Shown piece by piece: positions 32,271 to 43,039 of a stretch of 64,000 bases of DNA. The notes below the pieces were generated by a model, which saw only the letters and a program-made list of their open reading frames with translations, was not told the origin of the DNA and ran no database searches. Numbering within the stretch: position 1 is the stretch's first letter; every line of letters begins with the position of its first letter. The stretch lies in NCBI RefSeq assembly GCF_041886205.1, contig NZ_CP169029.1, one strand, 5' to 3'. The stretch is from Escherichia coli. GTDB taxonomy: Bacteria; Pseudomonadota; Gammaproteobacteria; Enterobacterales; Enterobacteriaceae. Both the position numbers and the translations under genes were made by a program.

Positions 32271-33821
32271 TTATACCGTAAACCCTAACATCATCCCCGT
32301 ATCTTCATGCTCCAGCAGATGGCAGTGCGCCATATAAGCATGTTCTTTCGGTGCATCGTGATTAAACTTCACCAGCACTTCGCTGACATTACCTTCTACC
32401 TTAACGGTATCTTTCCAGCCCGCGCGATGAGCCGCTGGCGGTTTGCCATTTTCTGACAAGATACGGAACTGCGTGCCGTGGATATGGAACGGATGCAGCA
32501 TCATGTCGCCCACGCCAGAGATAACCCAACGTTCGTATTGCCCTTTCGCCGCCGCAAACATCGGCTTGTTCATATCAAACGCCTGACCGTTGATTTTGTT
32601 GGCATGGTGGAAATCGAACTTCCCGCCGTGGTTCATATGATTCATATTGCCGTGCCCCATATGGCCCATCATCTGGCTGTGATCCATCCCGGCCATCGCC
32701 TGATCGCCATATTTCTCCATTAGCATCTGCATCCCCATCATATCGAGCATCGGGTCCATAGAGAGTTGCAGCTTGCGTACCGTCAGCCCTTCCAGCGAAG
32801 GTAACGCAGGCAGGCTACTTAATGTGTCTGGCAAAGCACCGGAGGCACTAATAGCAATCGGCTGAATCCGCATTACCGGATGAGGCTTATCAAACGGCGC
32901 AATCGCCATCCCCATCTGGCTGACCGGCAGCGTCACCAGGTCAAAGGGTTTGTTATCGTTAACCTCCACCAGCACTTCAAAACGCTCGCCCATCAGCACC
33001 GGCAGTTCGCTCACCTTCACTGGTTCAGGTAGCAGACCACCGTCGCTGGCAATCACATACAGCGGGCGATTGTCGCTGGTGGCGAAATTGAGCGAACGGG
33101 CATTACAGCCATTGAGCAAACGCAGGCGCAGCCAACCACGCGGGGCAGCGTGTTGCGGGTAGATTGCACCGTTGGTCAGCAACGTATCGCCAAACCAGCC
33201 CACGGCGGCGGTCATCACATCCAGTTGATAATCAATCTGCCCGTCGGCGCTAAATTTCTTATCCTGAACGATCACCGGAACATCATCGATACCCCACTGT
33301 TTTGGCAGCATTAATTTCAGGATCTCGTCATCTTCAATCACCACCAGCCCAGCCAGCCCCATCGCCACCTGTCGCCCGGTTTTGCCGTGCTGATGCGGAT
33401 GGAACCAGCAGGTAGCGGCAGGTTGATCAACGTTCAACGTCACCGAGCGCTTGCCACCTGGCGGAATAATTCCCTGCGGGCCGCCGTCGACTTCACCCGG
33501 TACTTCCAGCCCGTGCCAGTGCAACGTTGTCTCTTCCGTCAGTTGGTTGTAGATATCAACCGTTACCGCTTTGCCGCGCTGTAATTTCACCGCCGGCCCC
33601 AGCAGATTGCCGTTATAGCCCCAGGTAGTTGCAGTTTTCCCGCCAAAGGTGGACTGGCCTGCGCCAATAGTTAACTGAATGCGATTACGGGCATCGGTCG
33701 TGAGCAAATCAGGGATCGGTAACGTTGGGCGTTCTGCCGCAAATACTGCGCGGCTCCACAGCGGCAAAGCCGAAGCCACACCCAGCGCGACGGAATATTT
33801 TAAGAAATCACGACGTTGCAT
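32271..33821 (-). CDS. cueO: Periplasmic multicopper oxidase CueO
   Basis: ORF 32271..33860; start refined to [18 protein letters not shown] (twin-arginine signal); HCHLLEH copper site; Met-rich insert; 516 aa. Confidence 0.95.
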
Positions 33822-33860
33822 AGTTATTTCCTTATTCTTAAGCAGGCGAAACAAAATCAA

Positions 33861-33900
33861 ACGTTGAGCATAGTCCTTCCCCTTACGGGAAGGTCAAGCC
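33861..33900 (-). promoter_or_regulatory. cueO promoter with CueR operator (19-bp palindrome CCTTCCCCTTACGGGAAGG at 33875-33893) and adjacent TTGACC -35
   Basis: Perfect inverted repeat matching the recalled CueR box, between a -35-like TTGACC and a -10-like element upstream of cueO. Confidence 0.7.
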
Positions 33901-33986
33901 GCAGACACAATTTAATCGACAATAATGGTCGTCGCCTCGCTCGCAGTGTGCTAACGTTTATCTTCTTTAAGCCCCTGGTAGAAGCA

Positions 33987-34334
33987 ATGAAGACGTTTTT
34001 CAGAACAGTGTTATTCGGCAGCCTGATGGCCGTCTGCGCAAACAGTTACGCGCTCAGCGAGTCTGAAGCCGAAGATATGGCCGATTTAACGGCAGTTTTT
34101 GTCTTTCTGAAGAACGATTGTGGTTACCAGAACTTACCTAACGGGCAAATTCGTCGCGCACTGGTCTTTTTCGCTCAGCAAAACCAGTGGGACCTCAGTA
34201 ATTACGACACCTTCGACATGAAAGCCCTCGGTGAAGACAGCTACCGCGATCTCAGCGGCATTGGCATTCCCGTCGCTAAAAAATGCAAAGCCCTGGCCCG
34301 CGATTCCTTAAGCCTGCTTGCCTACGTCAAATAA
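33987..34334 (+). CDS. yacC: Small secreted protein of unknown function (YacC)
   Basis: ORF 33816..34334; start refined to ATG 33987 (MKTFFRTVLFGSLMAVCANSYA signal peptide); 115 aa. Confidence 0.85.
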   Translation: MKTFFRTVLFGSLMAVCANSYALSESEAEDMADLTAVFVFLKNDCGYQNLPNGQIRRALVFFAQQNQWDLSNYDTFDMKALGEDSYRDLSGIGIPVAKKCKALARDSLSLLAYVK

Positions 34335-34439
34335 TCCCTGATACCTTTTTGTAGAAATATTGACCGTGCATCCGCGGTCAATGTTAGCTATTATGTTGCG
34401 CCCTTTTTTTACGGGTGTTAACAAAGGAGGTATCAACCC

Positions 34440-35306
34440 ATGGCCGAAAAAAAACAGTGGCATGAAACGCTACACGACCAGTTTGGGCAGTACTTTGCGG
34501 TAGATAACGTTCTGTATCATGAAAAGACCGATCACCAGGATCTGATCATTTTTGAGAACGCTGCATTTGGTCGCGTAATGGCGCTGGATGGCGTAGTACA
34601 AACCACCGAGCGCGACGAGTTTATCTATCATGAGATGATGACCCATGTTCCGCTACTGGCCCATGGTCACGCGAAACATGTGCTGATTATCGGCGGCGGC
34701 GACGGTGCCATGCTGCGTGAAGTAACCCGACATAAAAACGTTGAGTCAATCACGATGGTGGAAATCGATGCGGGTGTCGTATCGTTCTGCCGTCAGTATC
34801 TACCCAACCATAACGCCGGTAGCTACGACGATCCGCGCTTTAAGCTGGTGATCGACGATGGCGTCAATTTCGTTAATCAAACCAGCCAGACCTTTGATGT
34901 CATTATCTCCGACTGCACCGATCCTATCGGTCCCGGCGAAAGTCTGTTCACCTCAGCATTTTATGAAGGCTGCAAACGTTGCCTGAATCCTGGCGGTATC
35001 TTCGTCGCACAAAACGGCGTCTGCTTTTTACAGCAGGAAGAGGCTATCGACAGTCATCGCAAACTCAGCCATTACTTCAGCGACGTTGGCTTTTATCAGG
35101 CGGCGATCCCGACCTATTACGGCGGTATCATGACTTTTGCATGGGCGACAGATAACGACGCCTTACGCCATCTCTCAACCGAAATTATTCAGGCGCGTTT
35201 TCTCGCTTCTGGCCTGAAATGCCGTTATTACAATCCGGCAATCCATACGGCAGCTTTTGCCTTACCTCAGTATCTGCAAGACGCACTGGCTTCACAGCCG
35301 TCCTAA
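34440..35306 (+). CDS. speE: Spermidine synthase
   Basis: 288-aa ORF; GGGDG motif. Confidence 0.95.
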   Translation: MAEKKQWHETLHDQFGQYFAVDNVLYHEKTDHQDLIIFENAAFGRVMALDGVVQTTERDEFIYHEMMTHVPLLAHGHAKHVLIIGGGDGAMLREVTRHKNVESITMVEIDAGVVSFCRQYLPNHNAGSYDDPRFKLVIDDGVNFVNQTSQTFDVIISDCTDPIGPGESLFTSAFYEGCKRCLNPGGIFVAQNGVCFLQQEEAIDSHRKLSHYFSDVGFYQAAIPTYYGGIMTFAWATDNDALRHLSTEIIQARFLASGLKCRYYNPAIHTAAFALPQYLQDALASQPS

Positions 35307-35321
35307 GGAGAAGATAAGAAA

Positions 35322-36116
35322 TTGAAAAAACTGAAACTGCATGGCTTTAATAATCTGACCAAAAGTCTGAGTTTTTGTATTTACGATATCTGCTACGCCA
35401 AAACTGCCGAAGAGCGCGACGGTTATATTGCTTATATCGATGAACTCTATAATGCCAACCGTCTGACCGAAATCCTGTCAGAAACCTGTTCCATTATCGG
35501 GGCCAATATTCTTAACATCGCCCGCCAGGATTACGAACCACAGGGTGCCAGCGTCACTATTCTGGTGAGTGAAGAACCGGTTGACCCGAAACTCATCGAC
35601 AAAACAGAACACCCCGGCCCACTGCCAGAAACGGTCGTTGCCCATCTCGATAAAAGTCATATTTGCGTACATACCTACCCGGAAAGTCATCCTGAAGGCG
35701 GTTTATGTACCTTCCGCGCCGATATTGAAGTCTCTACCTGCGGCGTGATTTCTCCGCTGAAGGCGCTGAATTACCTGATCCACCAGCTTGAGTCCGATAT
35801 CGTAACCATTGATTATCGCGTGCGCGGTTTTACCCGCGACATTAACGGTATGAAGCACTTTATCGACCATGAGATTAATTCGATTCAGAACTTTATGTCT
35901 GACGATATGAAGGCGCTGTATGACATGGTGGATGTGAACGTCTATCAGGAAAATATCTTCCATACCAAGATGTTGCTTAAAGAGTTCGACCTTAAGCACT
36001 ACATGTTCCACACCAAACCGGAAGACTTAACCGACAGCGAGCGCCAGGAAATTACCGCTGCGCTGTGGAAAGAGATGCGCGAGATTTATTACGGGCGCAA
36101 TATGCCAGCTGTTTAA
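35322..36116 (+). CDS. speD: S-adenosylmethionine decarboxylase proenzyme (pyruvoyl-dependent)
   Basis: 264-aa ORF beginning at TTG 35322 ([18 protein letters not shown]); processing site Lys111-Ser112 codons at 35652-35657. Confidence 0.93.
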
Positions 36117-36130
36117 CGGCTCTGGCGGAG

Positions 36131-36166
36131 CTCCCAGGCTCCGCCAGATTTATTTACTTCTGCTGC
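36131..36166. terminator. Bidirectional terminator between convergent speD and yacL (ctggcggagc/gctccgccag), overlapping the yacL stop
   Basis: 10-bp stem hairpin followed by ATTTATTT. Confidence 0.6.
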
Positions 36167-36516
36167 ACGAAATTACGGTAAGCCGCCACGACCTGCAGAA
36201 AATCCTCAACGCCGCATAGCGACAGGCTTTCTTCGTCGTAGTAGTTCATCCCCTCTTCCATTTCATCGCCAGCGAATTCCAGTTGATTGGCGCGAACCAT
36301 CACCTCTTCACCGTCCATCCACAGAGTGTACTCATGCCCTGCCCGTTGCCAGGACCGTTCGCTACCTTTCAGTGCGTGCGCTGCTTGTTCCACTTCATCA
36401 AGCAAGGCCAGGTTTTCTTTCACCTCTTCATTAAACCAGTGCCCGACCACTTCATGCCCCATGGACATACGCACCTTTACCACTCCGGTAATATCGCGCA
36501 GAAATTCGTAATCCAT
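36154..36516 (-). CDS. yacL: UPF0231 family protein YacL
   Basis: ORF 36154..36564; start refined to [11 protein letters not shown] (cat 36514-36516); 120 aa; acidic C-terminal half. Confidence 0.85.
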
Positions 36517-36623
36517 AGTGTGTTCCTCTGCTCCCGGCAATGCGCCGAAATCGCATTGCGCCATTGATGTAATTATCGCAGCCTTACCGGAGAAAAACAG
36601 CGGAACGGCGATGGTTTAGAGAT

Positions 36624-36657
36624 AAAAAAATGCCCGGGAATCTCATTCACCGGGCAT
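36624..36657 (-). terminator. Rho-independent terminator of acnB (tgcccgg/ccgggca with T-run on minus strand)
   Basis: Hairpin followed (minus strand) by TTTTTTT, 35 bp after acnB stop. Confidence 0.75.
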
Positions 36658-36691
36658 TGTGTCGTTTATGCGCAGCGCGTGCGCTTACTTA

Positions 36692-39289
36692 TTAAACCGC
36701 AGTCTGGAAAATCACACCATCGGCTTTTTCAGTGTACTGAGAAAGCTGGTTGAAGTTCAGGTAACGGTAAGTATCAACGGCAGTTTTATCCACCTGCGCC
36801 ACGTAGGTCTGGTACTCTTCCGGCGTCGGTAGTTTGCCAATCAGCGCCGCAACAGCAGCCAGTTCCGCAGAAGCCAGGAAGACATTCGCGCCAGTCCCCA
36901 GACGGTTCGGGAAGTTACGGGTCGAGGTGGAAACCACCGTCGCGCCGTCTGCCACACGCGCCTGGTTACCCATACACAGGGAACAGCCAGGGATCTCGAT
37001 ACGCGCACCACTCTTACCGAAGACGCTGTAGTAGCCTTCTTCGGTCAACTGCGCGGCGTCCATACGGGTTGGCGGTGCTACCCACAGGCGGGTCGGCAAC
37101 TGACCTTTGTGTGCATCCAGCAGTTTACCCGCAGCACGGAAGTGACCGATGTTGGTCATGCAAGAACCGATAAACACTTCGTCGATCTTCTCACCCTGTA
37201 CCGCAGACAGCGGTCGCGCGTCATCCGGGTCGTTCGGAGCACACAGGATTGGCTCTTTAATATCCGCCAGATCGATGTCGATCACTGCCGCGTATTCCGC
37301 ATCTGCATCGGCTTCCAGCAGCTCAGGATTCGCCAGCCATTTTTCCATGCCCTGAATACGACGTTCCAGGGTACGACGATCGCCGTAACCTTCCGCGATC
37401 ATCCACTTCAGCAGGACGATGTTAGAGTTCAGGTATTCGATGATCGGTTCTTTGTTCAGCTTGATGGTACAACCGGCAGCAGAACGCTCGGCGGATGCAT
37501 CGGTCAGCTCAAAGGCCTGCTCAACTTTCAGATCCGGCAGACCTTCAATTTCGAGGATGCGGCCAGAGAAGATGTTTTTCTTGCCTTTCTTCTCAACGGT
37601 CAGCAGACCTTGTTTGATCGCATACAGCGGAATGGCGTGTACCAGATCGCGCAGGGTGATGCCCGGCTGCATTTTGCCTTTGAAGCGCACCAGAACGGAT
37701 TCCGGCATATCCAGCGGCATTACGCCAGTTGCGGCAGCAAACGCCACCAGACCAGAACCCGCCGGGAAAGAGATACCGATCGGGAAACGGGTATGGGAGT
37801 CACCACCGGTACCGACGGTATCCGGCAGCAGCATACGGTTCAGCCAGGAGTGGATTACGCCGTCCCCCGGACGCAGCGACACACCGCCACGGTTCATAAT
37901 GAAGTCCGGCAGCGTGTGGTGCGTGTTCACGTCAACTGGCTTCGGATACGCCGCGGTGTGGCAGAAAGACTGCATCACCAGGTCAGCCGAGAAGCCCAGG
38001 CACGCCAGGTCTTTCAGTTCATCACGGGTCATCGGGCCTGTGGTGTCCTGAGAGCCTACAGAAGTCATTTTCGGTTCACAGTACGCGCCCGGACGAATGC
38101 CTTTCACGCCACAGGCACGGCCTACCATTTTTTGCGCCAGCGAGAAGCCGCGATCGCTCTCAGCGACATCTTTCGCCTGACGGAACACATCACTGTGCGG
38201 CAGACCAAGTGCTTCACGCGCTTTGGTGGTCAGGCCACGCCCGATAATCAGCGGAATACGGCCGCCAGCACGCACTTCATCAATCAGCACGTCGGTTTTC
38301 AGTTCGAAGGTCGCCAGCAGTTCGCCTGTTTCGTGGTTACGCACTTCACCTTTGTACGGGTAAACGTCAATCACGTCGCCCATGTTCAGGTTAGAGACGT
38401 CGACTTCGATTGGCAGTGCACCCGCGTCTTCCATCGTGTTAAAGAAGATGGGTGCAATTTTACCGCCGAGGCACAAACCACCGCCGCGTTTGTTCGGCAC
38501 ATGTGGAATATCATCGCCCATAAACCACAGAACGGAGTTCGTGGCGGATTTACGCGATGAACCCGTACCCACAACGTCACCGACGTACGCCAGCGGGAAA
38601 CCTTTCTGTTGCAGAGCTTCAATCTGTTTGATCGGGCCAACAACACCTGGCTGGTCTGGCTCAATACCTTCACGGGCGTTTTTCAGCATCGCCAGCGCGT
38701 GCAGTGGGATATCCGGGCGCGACCACGCATCCGGTGCCGGAGAAAGGTCATCGGTGTTGGTTTCGCCAGTGACTTTGAAGACGGTAACGGTCAGTTTTTC
38801 AGCCAGCGCCGGGCGATTCAGGAACCATTCGGCATCCGCCCAGGACTGCATTACCTGCTTCGCATATTCGTTGCCTGCTTTGGCTTTCTCTTCTACGTCA
38901 TAGAAGTTATCGAACATCAGCAGTGTGTGAGAAAGTGCTTTGGCAGCGATCGGTGCCAGTTTGGCATCATCCAGCGCGTCGATCAGCGGATGAATGTTGT
39001 AACCACCCTGCATGGTACCCAGCAGTTCGATGGCTTTTTCCGGAGTCAGCAGAGGGGATTTGGCTTCGCCTTTAGCGATAGCAGCCAGGAAGCCTGCTTT
39101 GACATAGGCGGCTTCATCGACGCCAGGGGGAACACGGTTGGTTAATAGATCTAACAGGAATTCTTCTTCGCCCGCGGGCGGGTTTTTCAGCAGCTCTACA
39201 AGTGCGGCCATTTGGTTTGCATCCAGGGGTTTGGGCGCAATCCCCTCAGCGGCACGCTCAGCTACGTGCTTACGGTATTCTTCTAGCAC
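36692..39289 (-). CDS. acnB: Aconitate hydratase B (bifunctional aconitase / 2-methylisocitrate dehydratase)
   Basis: ORF 36692..39442; start refined to GTG at 39287-39289 giving [14 protein letters not shown] and 865 aa. Confidence 0.95.
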   Translation of the reverse strand: MLEEYRKHVAERAAEGIAPKPLDANQMAALVELLKNPPAGEEEFLLDLLTNRVPPGVDEAAYVKAGFLAAIAKGEAKSPLLTPEKAIELLGTMQGGYNIHPLIDALDDAKLAPIAAKALSHTLLMFDNFYDVEEKAKAGNEYAKQVMQSWADAEWFLNRPALAEKLTVTVFKVTGETNTDDLSPAPDAWSRPDIPLHALAMLKNAREGIEPDQPGVVGPIKQIEALQQKGFPLAYVGDVVGTGSSRKSATNSVLWFMGDDIPHVPNKRGGGLCLGGKIAPIFFNTMEDAGALPIEVDVSNLNMGDVIDVYPYKGEVRNHETGELLATFELKTDVLIDEVRAGGRIPLIIGRGLTTKAREALGLPHSDVFRQAKDVAESDRGFSLAQKMVGRACGVKGIRPGAYCEPKMTSVGSQDTTGPMTRDELKDLACLGFSADLVMQSFCHTAAYPKPVDVNTHHTLPDFIMNRGGVSLRPGDGVIHSWLNRMLLPDTVGTGGDSHTRFPIGISFPAGSGLVAFAAATGVMPLDMPESVLVRFKGKMQPGITLRDLVHAIPLYAIKQGLLTVEKKGKKNIFSGRILEIEGLPDLKVEQAFELTDASAERSAAGCTIKLNKEPIIEYLNSNIVLLKWMIAEGYGDRRTLERRIQGMEKWLANPELLEADADAEYAAVIDIDLADIKEPILCAPNDPDDARPLSAVQGEKIDEVFIGSCMTNIGHFRAAGKLLDAHKGQLPTRLWVAPPTRMDAAQLTEEGYYSVFGKSGARIEIPGCSLCMGNQARVADGATVVSTSTRNFPNRLGTGANVFLASAELAAVAALIGKLPTPEEYQTYVAQVDKTAVDTYRYLNFNQLSQYTEKADGVIFQTAV

Positions 39290-39643
39290 GACGGTTCTCC
39301 TCGCTCTCATTGTCATAGTGCGGCAGGCGATTCTCTTCACGCTCCTGTGAGACAGCAGTTTGTAGGGTAAATGCCCAGTACCGCAACGGGCAGAATAGCA
39401 GGATTTTGACGAGGTGTTAATCTGTTTACAAAAAAGCAACATAAAAAAGTGGCTGAATCGTTAAGGATGGTCTAGAGATTGTTTCCCTCCGTAAAAACTT
39501 CGTTAATTCGCATGGTGATAATCACCTTTCTCAACGAATCCCAAGATTAGTCAAAATTTAAACTACCGCCTCTTTATACTCGGATTCACAGCACCTGCGG
39601 GTGGCAGTTCGCCGACCATTGCGATTTCCTTGAGATCCGAATT

Positions 39644-41497
39644 ATGAAAATGACTTTGCCGTTTAAACCCCATGTGCTGGCGCTAATTTGCAGTGCCGGG
39701 CTTTGTGCCGCCTCTACCGGGCTATATATAAAAAGCCGCACAGTGGAAGCGCCTGTGGAACCGCAATCGACACAACTGGCTGTGTCTGACGCTGCCGCGG
39801 TTACGTTTCCTGCAACGGTTTCCGCACCTCCCGTAACACCCGCCGTCGTCAAATCCGCATTCAGCACTGCACAAATAGATCAATGGGTCGCGCCCGTCGC
39901 GCTGTATCCCGACGCCCTACTTTCGCAGGTGCTGATGGCATCAACCTATCCGACAAACGTTGCTCAAGCAGTGCAATGGTCGCACGATAATCCACTTAAA
40001 CAAGGCGATGCTGCTATTCAGGCGGTATCTGACCAGCCGTGGGACGCCAGCGTTAAATCACTGGTGGCCTTTCCACAATTGATGGCATTGATGGGCGAAA
40101 ACCCGCAATGGGTGCAAAACCTGGGCGATGCTTTTCTGGCCCAGCCGCAGGACGTGATGGACTCGGTACAGCGATTGCGGCAACTGGCGCAACAAACCGG
40201 CTCGCTGAAGTCATCAACCGAACAGAAAGTTATTACCACAACGAAGAAAGCTGTACCGGTAAAACAGACAGTCACGGCACCCGTCATACCATCCAATACA
40301 GTTTTAACTGCCAACCCCGTCATTACAGAGCCGGCAACAACCGTCATTTCCATTGAGCCCGCCAATCCTGATGTGGTCTATATTCCCAACTACAACCCAA
40401 CCGTGGTTTACGGGAACTGGGCCAATACTGCGTATCCGCCGGTTTATCTGCCACCACCAGCCGGAGAACCGTTTGTTGACAGCTTTGTACGCGGATTCGG
40501 CTATAGCATGGGCGTTGCTACCACGTACGCACTATTCAGCAGCATCGACTGGGACGACGACGATCATGACCATCATCATCATGACGATGATGATTATCAT
40601 CACCACGATGGCGGTCATCGTGACGGTAATGGCTGGCAACACAACGGCGACAACATCAATATCGACGTCAACAATTTCAACCGTATCACCGGTGAGCATC
40701 TTACTGATAAGAATATGGCATGGCGGCACAATCCAAACTACCGTAATGGTGTGCCCTATCATGATCAGGATATGGCAAAGCGGTTTCATCAAACCGATGT
40801 CAACGGCGGAATGAGCGCCACGCAATTACCTGCCCCAACGCGCGACAGCCAGCGTCAGGCGGCAGCAAATCAGTTTCAGCAACGAACACACGCCGCACCA
40901 GTCATTACACGAGATACCCAACGTCAGGCAGCGGCACAGCGGTTTAATGAAGCTGAACACTATGGGAGCTATGACGACTTCCACGACTTCAGCCGTCGCC
41001 AACCACTGACCCAGCAACAAAAGGACGCCGCTCGTCAGCGTTATCAGTCCGCCTCGCCTGAGCAGCGCCAGGCAGTTCGCGAGAGAATGCAGACTAACCC
41101 GCAGATCCAGCAGCGAAGAGAGGCAGCGCGTGAGCGCATTCAGTCCGCCTCGCCTGAGCAGCGCCAGGCGGTTCGCGAGAAAATGCAGACTAACCCGCAG
41201 AACCAGCAGCGAAGAGACGCAGCGCGTGAGCGTATTCAGTCCGCATCACCAGAGCAGCGCCAGGTGTTTAAGGAAAAAGTACAGCAGCGCCCACTGAATC
41301 AACAGCAACGTGATAACGCCCGCCAGCGTGTTCAATCGGCATCACCTGAACAACGTCAGGTTTTTCGGGAAAAAGTTCAGGAGAGCCGCCCACAACGTCT
41401 AAACGACAGTAACCATACTGTCAGGCTGAATAACGAGCAACGGTCAGCAGTACGCGAACGTCTCTCTGAGCGCGGAGCAAGGCGACTGGAAAGGTAA
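39644..41497 (+). CDS. yacH: Secreted DUF3300-like protein of unknown function with His/Asp-rich tract and C-terminal 32-aa tandem repeats
   Basis: 617-aa ORF with signal peptide; low-complexity DWDDDDHDHHHHDDDDYHHHDGGH; four SASPEQRQ-containing repeats. Confidence 0.85.
   Translation: MKMTLPFKPHVLALICSAGLCAASTGLYIKSRTVEAPVEPQSTQLAVSDAAAVTFPATVSAPPVTPAVVKSAFSTAQIDQWVAPVALYPDALLSQVLMASTYPTNVAQAVQWSHDNPLKQGDAAIQAVSDQPWDASVKSLVAFPQLMALMGENPQWVQNLGDAFLAQPQDVMDSVQRLRQLAQQTGSLKSSTEQKVITTTKKAVPVKQTVTAPVIPSNTVLTANPVITEPATTVISIEPANPDVVYIPNYNPTVVYGNWANTAYPPVYLPPPAGEPFVDSFVRGFGYSMGVATTYALFSSIDWDDDDHDHHHHDDDDYHHHDGGHRDGNGWQHNGDNINIDVNNFNRITGEHLTDKNMAWRHNPNYRNGVPYHDQDMAKRFHQTDVNGGMSATQLPAPTRDSQRQAAANQFQQRTHAAPVITRDTQRQAAAQRFNEAEHYGSYDDFHDFSRRQPLTQQQKDAARQRYQSASPEQRQAVRERMQTNPQIQQRREAARERIQSASPEQRQAVREKMQTNPQNQQRRDAARERIQSASPEQRQVFKEKVQQRPLNQQQRDNARQRVQSASPEQRQVFREKVQESRPQRLNDSNHTVRLNNEQRSAVRERLSERGARRLER
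41030..41413 (+). repeat. Four tandem about 96-bp in-frame repeats inside yacH (first two nearly identical)
   Basis: Direct DNA repeats read from sequence: ...cagtccgcctcgcctgagcagcgccagg(c/g)ggttcgcgaga(g/a)aatgcagactaacccgcag... recurring at about 41031, 41127, 41223, 41319. Confidence 0.85.
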
Positions 41498-41508
41498 ATT
41501 ACAGACGT

Positions 41509-41560
41509 AAAAAAAGCGGCGTGGTTAGCCGCTTTTTTAATTGCCGGATGTTCCGGCAAA
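41509..41560. terminator. Bidirectional terminator region between convergent yacH and lpd (agcggc/gccgct flanked by A- and T-runs, plus second hairpin tgccgg/ccggca)
   Basis: Two hairpins read from sequence; AAAAAAA-stem-loop-TTTTTT architecture. Confidence 0.8.
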
Positions 41561-41567
41561 CGAAAAA

Positions 41568-42992
41568 TTACTTCTTCTTCGCTTTCGGGTTCGGCAGGTC
41601 GGTAATGCTACCTTCGAACACTTCTGCCGCCAGGCCCACAGACTCGTGCAGAGTCGGGTGCGCGTGGATGGTCAGTGCGATGTCTTCAGCATCACAACCC
41701 ATTTCGATTGCCAGACCGATTTCACCCAGCAGCTCACCGCCGTTAGTACCGACAATCGCACCACCGATCACACGGTGAGATTCTTTGTCGAAAATCAGCT
41801 TGGTCATACCGTCTGCGCAGTCGGAAGCGATAGCACGGCCAGAAGCAGCCCACGGGAAGGTGGCGGTCTCAAAGCTGATGCCTTTCTCTTTCGCTTCTTT
41901 CTCAGTCAGACCTACCCATGCAACTTCTGGTTCGGTATAGGCGATGGACGGGATAACTTTCGGATCGAAGTAATGTTTTTTACCGGCGATAACTTCAGCG
42001 GCAACGTGACCTTCGTGAACACCTTTATGTGCCAGCATTGGCTGACCGACGATATCGCCGATAGCAAAGATGTGCGGTACGTTGGTACGCAGTTGTTTGT
42101 CAACGCGGATGAAACCACGGTCGTCAACTTCCACGCCAGCTTTGCCTGCGTCGAGGTTTTTACCGTTCGGCACACGACCAATCGCTACCAGCACGGCGTC
42201 GTAACGCTGCGGTTCAGCGGGTGCTTTTTTGCCTTCCATCGTCACATAAATGCCGTCTTCTTTCGCTTCAACGGCGGTAACTTTGGTTTCCAGCATCAGG
42301 TTGAATTTCTTGCTGATACGCTTGGTGAAGACTTTAACGATGTCTTTGTCAGCTGCCGGGATAACCTGGTCGAACATTTCAACCACGTCAATCTGTGAAC
42401 CCAGCGCGTGGTAAACGGTGCCCATTTCCAGACCGATGATACCGCCACCCATTACCAGCAGGCGTTCTGGTACTTCTTTCAGTTCCAGCGCGTCAGTGGA
42501 GTCCCAGATACGCGGATCTTCATGCGGAATAAACGGCAGTTGGATCGGGCGAGAACCCGCTGCAATGATCGCGTTGTCGAAGTTGATCACGGTTTTACCG
42601 TTCTCACCTTCAACTTCCAGGGTGTTAGCCCCGGTGAATTTACCCAGACCGTTGACCACTTTGACTTTGCGGCCTTTCGCCATACCAGCCAGACCACCGG
42701 TCAGCTGATTGATCACTTTCTCTTTCCAGGTACGAATCTTGTCGATATCGGTTTTCGGTTCGCCGAAGACGATACCATGTTCAGCCAGCGCTTTGGCTTC
42801 TTCGATAACTTTTGCTACGTGCAGCAGTGCTTTAGAAGGGATACAGCCGACGTTCAGGCAAACACCGCCAAGGGTGTTGTAACGTTCTACGATTACGGTT
42901 TCCAGACCTAAATCAGCGCAACGGAAGGCAGCGGAGTAACCTGCGGGGCCTGCCCCAAGTACCACGACCTGAGTTTTGATTTCAGTACTCAT
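41568..42992 (-). CDS. lpd: Dihydrolipoyl dehydrogenase (E3 of PDH/OGDH/GCV)
   Basis: ORF 41568..43025; start refined to MSTEIKTQVVVLGAGPAGY (cat 42990-42992); redox CLNVGC; 474 aa. Confidence 0.96.
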   Translation of the reverse strand: MSTEIKTQVVVLGAGPAGYSAAFRCADLGLETVIVERYNTLGGVCLNVGCIPSKALLHVAKVIEEAKALAEHGIVFGEPKTDIDKIRTWKEKVINQLTGGLAGMAKGRKVKVVNGLGKFTGANTLEVEGENGKTVINFDNAIIAAGSRPIQLPFIPHEDPRIWDSTDALELKEVPERLLVMGGGIIGLEMGTVYHALGSQIDVVEMFDQVIPAADKDIVKVFTKRISKKFNLMLETKVTAVEAKEDGIYVTMEGKKAPAEPQRYDAVLVAIGRVPNGKNLDAGKAGVEVDDRGFIRVDKQLRTNVPHIFAIGDIVGQPMLAHKGVHEGHVAAEVIAGKKHYFDPKVIPSIAYTEPEVAWVGLTEKEAKEKGISFETATFPWAASGRAIASDCADGMTKLIFDKESHRVIGGAIVGTNGGELLGEIGLAIEMGCDAEDIALTIHAHPTLHESVGLAAEVFEGSITDLPNPKAKKK

Positions 42993-43039
42993 CATGACCT
43001 CTATATATTTATCTCCGGCGGTCATACCCGTCGTCTTTC

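Noticed and set aside
33816-33986. N-terminal extension of the yacC ORF (172-aa frame)
   Set aside because: Extension runs through the cueO promoter and CueR operator and lacks a signal peptide; the ATG at 33987 gives a proper signal peptide and the expected 115-aa product.
37109-38560. 483-aa plus-strand ORF (and several 170-210-aa ORFs) antisense to acnB
   Set aside because: Fully embedded in acnB on the opposite strand; Arg/His/Thr/Val-rich low-complexity product; no independent start context.
41030-41413. Tandem direct repeats that could superficially resemble a CRISPR array
   Set aside because: Units are about 96 bp, contiguous with no spacers, in-frame inside yacH, and not palindromic; no cas genes anywhere in the window.
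41541-42398. 285-aa plus-strand ORF antisense to lpd
   Set aside because: Overlaps lpd on the opposite strand and runs through the yacH/lpd terminator; artefact.
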